A DNA stretch of 59,385 nt, filler included. It is 4 parts of 4 records of this genome, joined end to end, with 100 filler letters (N's around TTAATTAATTAA, not from the genome) between each part and the next. Parts side by side here need not be neighbours in the genome. Positions count along the whole stretch, not along the records: positions 28,906 to 53,624 come from SRR31156797_7274; positions 53,725 to 59,385 come from SRR31156797_7291; 2 more parts are not named here. One strand, given 5' to 3'. Both the position numbers and the translations under genes were made by a program. Positions 49,004-56,921 of the stretch are shown here, one piece after another. Every line of letters starts with the position of its first letter. Position 1 is the stretch's first letter. Below the pieces are notes generated by a model. That model worked only from the letters and a program-made list of their open reading frames with translations. It had not been told where the DNA came from and searched no databases.

Positions 49004-50440
49004 CTAAACAAATTTAACTGCCGCTATCAGGCTGCGGGCGGCAATATTTAAATAATTGTTGTATTTGATGAACACTTTCATTTGATTCAACGTCATCCAG
49101 ATATAATTATCAGGCACTTCCACCGGGAACTCATCGCCAACCTCCACAATCATGTTCCTGTTTTGCTCCCTGAAAAACCGTCCGCCTTCCTCGCTCTGCC
49201 AGGCCGAAAACCATACATGTTCTGGCTCTGCAGTCAAAACTTCTTCAAGAAACTCCACCTCGTATTCGTTATATCCTTTGCGGTAATTCCCTGTTAAACA
49301 CTGAACCGTGGGTGCCAGTTCAATGATGTCAAAATTACCGGCTTCGAGTTTGGCCTGCACCAGGAAATGATACACCCCATTTATCTTTTTGATGATAAAC
49401 GCAATGATGCCTTCCTGGGCTGATTTGATGATGGGCTGATCCCAAGATTTCACTTCGCGGTTCCCAATCTCAACATGCACACCTATCACCGAAAAATACT
49501 TCCGGTTTTTATGAAAAATTTCTGATTCGCCAACCTTCCAGTTTTTTACTTCCTTTAGCGGGATGCGTTCGACCTCAAGATCATAAACTGATTTTTTTTG
49601 TGTGATCCATGAAATGATGTCGTCAACATTGTGATAATGTCTGTCGCTTTCGAGCATAGACAACAACAGTCCGGTTTCACGTGGGTTTGAATCCGGGTTA
49701 AAGTTCAACATGCCATAAAAATCAAGGACATCGGCAGGGTACTCACCAAACGGTATTCCCGAGATCACCGTGCGGGTATCCATATTTACCACATTGTCGG
49801 TCTGCAGGAAAGATTTGATTTGCCCGAGGGTAAGCCAGCAGAAATTATCATGAACTTTGATGTTTTCATTCGGAGGAATTTCCACTATCATGTTGCGGTT
49901 TCGTTTTCTTAAAAACCGTGCCCCCTGCTCACTTTGTAGCTGATCAAGTAACACCGTCACTTCCTTTTCACCATTAAAATATTCCAGAAATAACGGCCTT
50001 TTCCCCTGATGTACCTGTGTATAGTTGCTTCGCGTGGCCTGCAGGGTTGGCGAGAGTTGCACTACATTGAGGTTGCCGGGCTCAATTTTTGCCTGCATTA
50101 AAAAATGAAGTACTCCGTTTTTATGTTGAGCCAGAATCCCAAGAAAACCCACTTCCGGTTGGTTGATGATGGGTTGCTCCCATTCAGGAACATTGCCCCA
50201 GTTGGTTTTTATCCGGATGCCTTCAATCGAAAAAAACTTTCCACTCTTATGAACCAGGCTGCTTGTTTCAGAATCGAAAAACCAGGATTTTAATCTGGTA
50301 AAAGGTACTTGATTGAGATTTACGGTTACTTTTTGGTTCATCTCAGTGAGCCAGCCAGGAAACTGATCAGATGGCATGAAGGGATTTTCAGTCGTAAGTG
50401 CCGACTTTAGAAAAGCAATATTTTTTTTGATGCTATCCAT
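49004..50440 (-). CDS. NDP-hexose 2,3-dehydratase (EvaA/TylX3/OleV family)
   Basis: Duplicated domain: WEQPII.QPE.G, QAKIEPGN..VQLSPTLQATRSN, QSEQGARF..KRNRNM and second copy QAKLEAGN..ELAPTVQC, QSEEGGRF...QNRNM. Confidence 0.92.
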   Translation of the reverse strand: MDSIKKNIAFLKSALTTENPFMPSDQFPGWLTEMNQKVTVNLNQVPFTRLKSWFFDSETSSLVHKSGKFFSIEGIRIKTNWGNVPEWEQPIINQPEVGFLGILAQHKNGVLHFLMQAKIEPGNLNVVQLSPTLQATRSNYTQVHQGKRPLFLEYFNGEKEVTVLLDQLQSEQGARFLRKRNRNMIVEIPPNENIKVHDNFCWLTLGQIKSFLQTDNVVNMDTRTVISGIPFGEYPADVLDFYGMLNFNPDSNPRETGLLLSMLESDRHYHNVDDIISWITQKKSVYDLEVERIPLKEVKNWKVGESEIFHKNRKYFSVIGVHVEIGNREVKSWDQPIIKSAQEGIIAFIIKKINGVYHFLVQAKLEAGNFDIIELAPTVQCLTGNYRKGYNEYEVEFLEEVLTAEPEHVWFSAWQSEEGGRFFREQNRNMIVEVGDEFPVEVPDNYIWMTLNQMKVFIKYNNYLNIAARSLIAAVKFV

Positions 50441-50483
50441 AATAAGTAGTGCCGAATGCCCAAGTTCATGAATTCAGAAAAGC

Positions 50484-52970
50484 TTAGAATTCATCCGGAT
50501 TGATGAAATAATCTTCCTGAAGCTGCTGTTGGTCATATTTTTCACAATCGATCTCAACCTTTAGTGGTTTTGATGGTGCCGGGAATGGATCCTTCGAAAT
50601 ATTCAACGATGTATCAGCATAAACACGCTGCATATAAAGCGCCCAAATGGGTAAAGCCATGTTTGCGCCCTGTCCCAAAGTAATTGAGCGGAAGTGTGCA
50701 CTTCTGTCTTCGCAGCCAACCCAAACTCCAGTGGCTAATTGCGGAACGGTTCCCATAAACCATCCATCACTTTGATTTTGTGTGGTTCCGGTTTTACCGG
50801 CTATTTCATTCCTGAAACCATATTTATATTTCAGCCGTATACCGGTTCCTGTTTCCACCACACCCTGCATCAGGCTCAGCATGAGGTAGGCAGTCTGCTC
50901 ATCCATGGCTTCATTGGTTTCCGGAGCAAACGATTCGATCACATTCCCGAACTTATCCTCAATTTTGGTAACAAAATAGGGGGTAACATGAATACCACGG
51001 TTGGCAAAAGTGTTAAAAGCCCCAACCATTTCGTAAAGCGAAATATCAGGTGTACCCAAAGCAATGGCAGGTACAGCCGGAATTTCGGTGGTCACCCCCA
51101 TTTTTTTCGACATTTGAATTACTGCCAGGGGTGAGAATCTTTTCATTAAATATGCCGAAACCCAGTTCACTGAGTGCGCAAGCGCCCATTTGAGTGTCAC
51201 GAGTTCTCCTTCTTTTTCGCTGCTGGAATTTTTGGGATTCCAGTAAGTGCCATCGGGCAGCTCAATGCTCACCTGCACATTTGGAATTTTGCTGCATGGC
51301 GAAAATTCGCCGGTTGCTGCACCCTCCTGCATGGCAAGGGTATAGAGGAAAGGTTTAAAGGTTGAACCCACCTGGCGACGGCCCTGGGTAACGTGATCGT
51401 ACTTAAAATACCGGTAATCGATACCGCCAACATAAGCCCTGACCTGCCCTGTGGGCGGATCAACTGACATAAGCCCGGCATGTAGGAAAAACTTAAAATA
51501 CCGGATCGAATCCATGGGCGACATCACGGTATCAATATCACCCTGCCACGAAAATATCCGCATTTTTACAGGTTGCTCAAAAACCTCAGCTATCGAATCG
51601 TGCTCAGCCCCTGCCGCCCGCATTCTCCTGTAACGGTCGCTTCTACGCATGGCCTGGTTCAAAATATTTTCGACCTGTTCCTTTATTGTGTCGGGTTCAA
51701 AAACAAAGGGTGCATATTTTCTGTCTTTCCAGTGGGCAAAAAATGCAGGCTGCAAATCTTCGGAAAGATGCTCTGTTACAGCAGCTTCAGCATGGGCCTG
51801 CAAGCGTGAGTCGATGGTTGTATAAATGCGTAACCCGTCTCTGTATAGGTCATAAGGCGTGCCATCAGGTTTAAAATGGTTTTTGCACCAGTCATGCATT
51901 TCACCGCGTAAAAATTCTTTAAAGTAAGTTGCTGTACCTATATTGTGATCAACACGCTGGTATTTTAATCCCAGTGGTTTTGGTTTTAAAGTATCCGCCT
52001 GTTCCTGCGAGAGGTATCCGTATTTCACCATCTGCGAAAGCACAACATTCCGGCGGTCCTGTGTTAGTTCAGGACGTCTGAGTGGATTATACAGTGAAGG
52101 ATTTTTAACCATCCCAACCAGCATGGCTGATTGCAGGATATCAAGCTCAGCGGGTGTGGTGCTGAAATAAACCCTCGATGCAGATTTTATACCCACGGCC
52201 AGGTTCAGGAAATCAATTTTATCCAGGTACATGGTGATGATCTCCTCCTTGCTGTAACGCTTTTCGAGTTTAACAGCAATTACCCATTCCTTGAATTTCC
52301 GGAAGGCCAGTTCCACGGCACCCTGGTTGTATTCACGGGGGAAAAGGTTTTTGGCCAACTGTTGGGTAATGGTACTGCCACCACCCTTGTCCTGACCTGA
52401 TAGTGCGCCATACATTACCCTGAGCAGGGCCTTTACATCGATACCGGAATGTTCGTTGTAACGTACATCTTCTGTGGCAATCAATGCCTTGATCAGTACA
52501 GGCGATATTTCGGAATAATGGCTTTTACTCCTGTTCTCTACATAATAAGTTCCCAGCAACTCATTATCATTTGAAATGATCTCAGAAGCCAGGAATGTTT
52601 GAGGATTTTCGAGTTCTTCAAAAGTGGGCATGAAACCAAACCACCCCAATGAAATGCCTGCAAATAAAAATACCACCGATAACATTCCAGCCAGTACAAT
52701 ACCCCAAAACAACAGGATAAACTTTTTTTGCTTACGGCGCTTACGGGTGTTTTCTTCAATAATGTCAACCCCGGACCTCAGGTCATCCTCATCCGGAATA
52801 TTTTCTTCCGGGATATCTGCACTTCCTTTATCATCAGCATCATCGGTTCTCTGGTTATCCTTGTCTGAACCGCCATTGGGCGCTGCTCCATAGCCCGATT
52901 CCTCGAAGTGACTTTTTTTGCCAGCATTATTTTTTTTACCGTTGCCGGTACCTTTTTGATTTTCGTCCAT
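50484..52970 (-). CDS. mrcA: Penicillin-binding protein 1A (class A PBP)
   Basis: ATED.RY..HSGID, GGGSTITQQLAKNL, GSTFKP, SVN, KTGT; long acidic cytoplasmic N-terminus. Confidence 0.93.
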   Translation of the reverse strand: MDENQKGTGNGKKNNAGKKSHFEESGYGAAPNGGSDKDNQRTDDADDKGSADIPEENIPDEDDLRSGVDIIEENTRKRRKQKKFILLFWGIVLAGMLSVVFLFAGISLGWFGFMPTFEELENPQTFLASEIISNDNELLGTYYVENRSKSHYSEISPVLIKALIATEDVRYNEHSGIDVKALLRVMYGALSGQDKGGGSTITQQLAKNLFPREYNQGAVELAFRKFKEWVIAVKLEKRYSKEEIITMYLDKIDFLNLAVGIKSASRVYFSTTPAELDILQSAMLVGMVKNPSLYNPLRRPELTQDRRNVVLSQMVKYGYLSQEQADTLKPKPLGLKYQRVDHNIGTATYFKEFLRGEMHDWCKNHFKPDGTPYDLYRDGLRIYTTIDSRLQAHAEAAVTEHLSEDLQPAFFAHWKDRKYAPFVFEPDTIKEQVENILNQAMRRSDRYRRMRAAGAEHDSIAEVFEQPVKMRIFSWQGDIDTVMSPMDSIRYFKFFLHAGLMSVDPPTGQVRAYVGGIDYRYFKYDHVTQGRRQVGSTFKPFLYTLAMQEGAATGEFSPCSKIPNVQVSIELPDGTYWNPKNSSSEKEGELVTLKWALAHSVNWVSAYLMKRFSPLAVIQMSKKMGVTTEIPAVPAIALGTPDISLYEMVGAFNTFANRGIHVTPYFVTKIEDKFGNVIESFAPETNEAMDEQTAYLMLSLMQGVVETGTGIRLKYKYGFRNEIAGKTGTTQNQSDGWFMGTVPQLATGVWVGCEDRSAHFRSITLGQGANMALPIWALYMQRVYADTSLNISKDPFPAPSKPLKVEIDCEKYDQQQLQEDYFINPDEF

Positions 52971-53095
52971 TGGTTATTCAGCTAATATCTGCTTGTGATT
53001 GAGACAAAACTAACGACAGATCCCTTATTTTGATATTGCAAATCTAATTAAATTGATTTTTAATCAATCATTCATCATAAACATCAAATGGCCGC

Positions 53096-53587
53096 CTAAT
53101 CAGCATATTCGATTCTAATCCCAATATCAGAAATCCCTTTTAGCATTTCCTGCCTCATGGCCTGTTCAATCCTGAAATGATAAGACCCGCTCAACGGAAA
53201 CAGCAGGTTTTTCCTGATTTGGATCTGGTTATCCTTTACAGCACCAAAGCCATTTCCTAACCATTTCCCTTCCTTATCGGCCAGGATCAGTTCGATGGTA
53301 TCACGGGTTAAATTGTTGTTGGGAAGCCTGGTGGAAAGAAAAAGGTAAAAATTTCGGTATGGATATTCGTCGTTGTTACGAAGGGTAATATAAAAATTGT
53401 AGGGTTGTGTTGTATCCTCCACATTCACTGTAAATCCGGCAATCGAGTCTTTGTGCCACCCTGATGCCGGCAAATCCAGGGATTGATCATAAAAGCGGTT
53501 GGCATCGCATGACCACAAAAAAACTACCCAGCAAGCCATGAGCAAAACACCCACGGTTTTCCGGAAATGATGGAGGTTCTTTTTCAT
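53096..53587 (-). CDS. gldH: Gliding motility lipoprotein GldH
   Basis: Lipobox LWSC; GW.KDS, LRNNDEYPY.N.YLF, DTIE..LAD..GKWLG.GFG, IEQAMR...LKGISDIG.RIE; upstream of PBP1A. Confidence 0.9.
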   Translation of the reverse strand: MKKNLHHFRKTVGVLLMACWVVFLWSCDANRFYDQSLDLPASGWHKDSIAGFTVNVEDTTQPYNFYITLRNNDEYPYRNFYLFLSTRLPNNNLTRDTIELILADKEGKWLGNGFGAVKDNQIQIRKNLLFPLSGSYHFRIEQAMRQEMLKGISDIGIRIEYAD

Positions 53588-53624
53588 CTGTTTGAAATTT
53601 TTTATTTTGTTGATAGTGAAGAAA

Positions 53625-53724
53625 NNNNNNNNNNNNNNNNNNNNNNNNNNNNNNNNNNNNNNNNNNNNTTAATTAATTAANNNNNNNNNNNNNNNNNNNN
53701 NNNNNNNNNNNNNNNNNNNNNNNN
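53625..53724. other. Artificial contig spacer
   Basis: N44-TTAATTAATTAA-N44. Confidence 0.98.
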
Positions 53725-53754
53725 CATGAGCCATGAGCCATGAGCCATGAGCCA
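53725..53754. repeat. Heptamer tandem repeat (CATGAGC)n at the contig start
   Basis: At least four copies, cut by the contig edge. Confidence 0.9.
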
Positions 53755-53769
53755 AAGAAGGCATTAACC

Positions 53770-54330
53770 ATGAAAAAAAGACTGGTTGTGGGTATTTCGG
53801 GAGCGAGCGGCGTTATATACGGCGTAAGGATGCTGGGTCTGCTTAAAAACACCGATTTTGAAACCCATCTCATTATCTCCGATTCGGGAAGGCGGAACAT
53901 TGAGATTGAAACTGAATTCAAGGCGGGTGATGTGGAGGCCATGGCCGATCATGTTTATGAAGATCGGGATGTGGGCGCGGCCCTGGCCAGTGGATCCTTT
54001 TTGACCTGTGGTATGGTGGTGGCGCCCTGCACCATCAAGACCCTTTCGGGAATTGCCAATTCATATACCAACAACCTTCTGGTGCGGGCCGCGGATGTCA
54101 ATCTGAAAGAGGGTCGGAAACTGGTTCTGGTGGTCAGGGAGACCCCCCTTCACAAGGGACATCTCAGGTTGATGACCATGGCGGCGGACATGGGAGCCCA
54201 TATACTGCCGCCTGTGCCGTCTTTCTATCATCAACCGAAAACCATTCAGGATATTATTGATCAAACCATCGGTAAGGTTTTTGATTACGTGGGCATTGAA
54301 CACGAACTGTTCAGGCGCTGGGAGGGGTGA
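53770..54330 (+). CDS. ubiX: Flavin prenyltransferase
   Basis: VGISGASG, LASGSF, APCTIKTL, RAADV.LKE.RKLVLV.RETP, PPVPSFY.QP, RRW.G. Confidence 0.95.
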   Translation: MKKRLVVGISGASGVIYGVRMLGLLKNTDFETHLIISDSGRRNIEIETEFKAGDVEAMADHVYEDRDVGAALASGSFLTCGMVVAPCTIKTLSGIANSYTNNLLVRAADVNLKEGRKLVLVVRETPLHKGHLRLMTMAADMGAHILPPVPSFYHQPKTIQDIIDQTIGKVFDYVGIEHELFRRWEG

Positions 54331-55096
54331 AAAGTGGTTGCTCTTTGATCAAGGCGTTGATTTCCGCTGCAGCTTCCTGGATTCCCGTTGTCAACTCCGC
54401 CATTTTTTTGTCGTCGAGTGCTGATTTAAACCCTACCCCCCATATGGCATAGAGTGTGCCCCGTTTTCCCTGAATGGGGGCGGCTGCAGCGCGTACGCCG
54501 GCAATATATTCCTCGTCGTCCACACCGTAGCCATTCTCCCGGGTCAGTTGAATTTGAAGAAGATATTCATCCGGGTCGGTCACGGTATGATCCGTAAACT
54601 TTGGAATCCCATTTTCTTTGATGATGCCGGCGACCCGTGTATGATCCATTGACGCCAGAAAGACCTTTCCGGTGGCACCGGCCAGAAAAGGGATGGTGCT
54701 TCCCCGGGGGGCCGTAATTTTGAGATTCCGGTTGGATTCAATAACGTCCAGGATGCTGACCCGGTGTCTGTTCGGCATTCCCACAAAAACGGATACGCCC
54801 GTCCGCTGCATTAACGCTTTCATGGCGGGCCTGGCGATATCTCGAAGGTCAAGTTCTGAATAGGCGGATTTTCCCAATTCAAAAAGGGTGGGGCCGAGGG
54901 TAAATTTTTTTGAGGAAGGATCTCGAATAAGGGCACCGGTTTCCACCAGGGCGCTGATAATGCCATGAACGGTTCCCTTGCTCATTTCCAGGCGGTTCGC
55001 CAGATGACTGATGCCCAAGCCCGTTTCGGCTTTGGAAATGAGTCTGAGCATTAAAAATGCCTTTCTGACGGAAGGGGCTTGATATTTTCCGGACAT
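54311..55096 (-). CDS. IclR-family transcriptional regulator
   Basis: APSV.KAF..L, wHTH SKGTVHGI...L, GATGKVFLA, T..T.TD, GY.VDDEE...GVRA.AAPI. Confidence 0.93.
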   Translation of the reverse strand: MSGKYQAPSVRKAFLMLRLISKAETGLGISHLANRLEMSKGTVHGIISALVETGALIRDPSSKKFTLGPTLFELGKSAYSELDLRDIARPAMKALMQRTGVSVFVGMPNRHRVSILDVIESNRNLKITAPRGSTIPFLAGATGKVFLASMDHTRVAGIIKENGIPKFTDHTVTDPDEYLLQIQLTRENGYGVDDEEYIAGVRAAAAPIQGKRGTLYAIWGVGFKSALDDKKMAELTTGIQEAAAEINALIKEQPLFTPPSA

Positions 55097-55098
55097 TC

Positions 55099-55114
55099 GT
55101 TCACCTCGCTGAAC
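55099..55114. promoter_or_regulatory. Putative IclR operator 1 (autoregulatory)
   Basis: GTTCA-CCTCGC-TGAAC overlaps the iclR RBS (GAGGTG). Confidence 0.65.
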
Positions 55115-55124
55115 ACTTTTTACA

Positions 55125-55154
55125 ACTTTACCTTTTCGCCATGCAGGTTGTCAA
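55125..55154 (-). promoter_or_regulatory. Sigma70 promoter of iclR
   Basis: TTGACA-18 nt-TAAAGT on the minus strand. Confidence 0.55.
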
Positions 55155-55222
55155 CCCGGCCGTCAATTTTTTAAAAAAATAATTTAAAACGATATATTGG
55201 GATCTTTAAGCCTCATTTTTTC

Positions 55223-55250
55223 TTGACATGGTTTTCAGTTATGATATCTT
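55223..55250 (+). promoter_or_regulatory. Sigma70 promoter of the Mo-enzyme operon
   Basis: TTGACA-16 nt-TATCTT with an extended TGn. Confidence 0.6.
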
Positions 55251-55265
55251 TCTGTCTCTACGGTG

Positions 55266-55281
55266 GTTCGTTATAGTGAAC
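55266..55281. promoter_or_regulatory. Putative IclR operator 2
   Basis: GTTCG-TTATAG-TGAAC, same 16-bp geometry as operator 1, just downstream of the predicted TSS. Confidence 0.65.
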
Positions 55282-55402
55282 AACCCGGCCGTCTGATTAC
55301 GGTTGGGATTGCTTGATGGGAAGAAGTTTTTTTCTAAATGTTTTATTCAACCTAAAAACCGGGACCTAAAGGTTTGAGTCCCAAGACAATCAGGAGGGGA
55401 AA

Positions 55403-56281
55403 ATGCTTTTACCAAGATTTGAATTCCATGAGCCCGCAACGGTGGGGGAGGCTTGCCGGATCCTTGGGGAGCTGGGTGAAAAGGCGAAAACCCTTGCCGG
55501 CGGTACGGATTTGTTCGTCAACATGAAAAAGAAAGTGCTGGCGCCGGAACATGTGGTATCACTTGATCGGATCGAATCTCTGGGTGAACTGGATTCTTCC
55601 AATGGGACACTGCGGATCGGCGCTTGCGCCAAAGCCGCGGAAATTGCGGATTCCCAATTGGTCCAAGCGGACTTTCCCGCTTTACGGGAAGGGGCCAGCA
55701 AACTGGGGTCCCCCCTTATCCGGAATCTGGCCACAATTGGCGGAAACCTGGTGAGCGCGAGACCGGCTGCGGATTTTCCGCCGCCTTTGATGGCTTACGG
55801 CGCAAAGATTGTTCTCAGAAGCGGAAAAGGGGAACGCATTGTGGCCTTGGCTGATTTTATCGAGGCACCCGGCCAAACAGTACTTGCCGCCGATGAAATT
55901 TTAGAATCCGTTCTTTTGGAAAAACCGGAAGCCCATTCCGGAAGCGCCTATCTCAAATTGGGTGTTCGAGAAGCCCTGGAGATTTCATTGGTCAACGTGG
56001 CTGTTTGCATAACCACGGAAGGGGCTGATGGTCCCATAAAGGCCGCACGGGTTGTGATGGGTTCTGTTGGGCCTACCCCGCTTATATCCGCCTCCGCTGA
56101 AAAAGCCCTTTTGGGGAAAAACCCGTCTGAAGCCCTTTTTCTGGCGGCGGGAGAGGCCGCGGCCATGGACAGCCGGCCCATTGATGATTTCAGGGCCTCC
56201 GCCGATTACAAACGTGCCATGGTAAAAGAATTGACCCGAAGGGCATTGGCCCAGGCCTACGGTCGTGCGCGAACTGAATAG
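55403..56281 (+). CDS. Xanthine dehydrogenase-family FAD-binding (medium) subunit
   Basis: F..HEP.TV.EA, LAGGTDL, IRNLATIGGNL, PIDDFRASADY; RBS AGGAGG. Confidence 0.93.
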   Translation: MLLPRFEFHEPATVGEACRILGELGEKAKTLAGGTDLFVNMKKKVLAPEHVVSLDRIESLGELDSSNGTLRIGACAKAAEIADSQLVQADFPALREGASKLGSPLIRNLATIGGNLVSARPAADFPPPLMAYGAKIVLRSGKGERIVALADFIEAPGQTVLAADEILESVLLEKPEAHSGSAYLKLGVREALEISLVNVAVCITTEGADGPIKAARVVMGSVGPTPLISASAEKALLGKNPSEALFLAAGEAAAMDSRPIDDFRASADYKRAMVKELTRRALAQAYGRARTE

Positions 56282-56360
56282 AGGATCGTTTTTGAATATG
56301 ATTCAGGAGACACATTCATAACAAAATAGCGATCAGCAGAAATAAACAGGGAGAATTACC

Positions 56361-56831
56361 ATGAAAAAGATGATCTGCCTTACCATAAACGGCAAGGAAT
56401 ATGAGTTGGCTGCGGCGCCCAATATGACCTTGGCGGACCTTCTCAGGGAAGAACTGTTACTGACGGGTACCAAAAAAGGATGTGAATTGGGAGATTGCGG
56501 TTCATGCACCGTGATTATGAACGGCAAAGCGGTTAATTCCTGTCTGGTACTGGCCGTTCAGGCCTCGGGCAAAGAGATTGTTACCGTGGAGGGGCTGGAG
56601 ACGGACGACGGCCTGCACCCCCTGCAGGAAAAATTCATTGAAAACGGCGCCATTCAGTGCGGGTTTTGTACCTCGGGCATGTTGCTTTCCGCAAAAAGCC
56701 TTCTGGATCAAAACGCCAAACCCGATGAACTGGAGATCCGGACCGCCATATCCGGGAACCTGTGCAGGTGCACCGGATATCAGAAGATTGTGGAATCCAT
56801 CAAAGACGCAAGTGAAATGGAGCCCCGGTAA
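56361..56831 (+). CDS. Xanthine dehydrogenase-family 2x[2Fe-2S] (small) subunit
   Basis: GTKKGCELGDCGSCTV...SC, QCGFCTSG, GNLCRCTGY. Confidence 0.96.
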   Translation: MKKMICLTINGKEYELAAAPNMTLADLLREELLLTGTKKGCELGDCGSCTVIMNGKAVNSCLVLAVQASGKEIVTVEGLETDDGLHPLQEKFIENGAIQCGFCTSGMLLSAKSLLDQNAKPDELEIRTAISGNLCRCTGYQKIVESIKDASEMEPR

Positions 56832-56921
56832 CTTTGTCAATCGGTTGGGATGGCGATAAACACCTTAACGCCACAGCAATAGATTTTTTTGCGGCCCAAT
56901 CTTTCCATAGGGAGATGAGAA

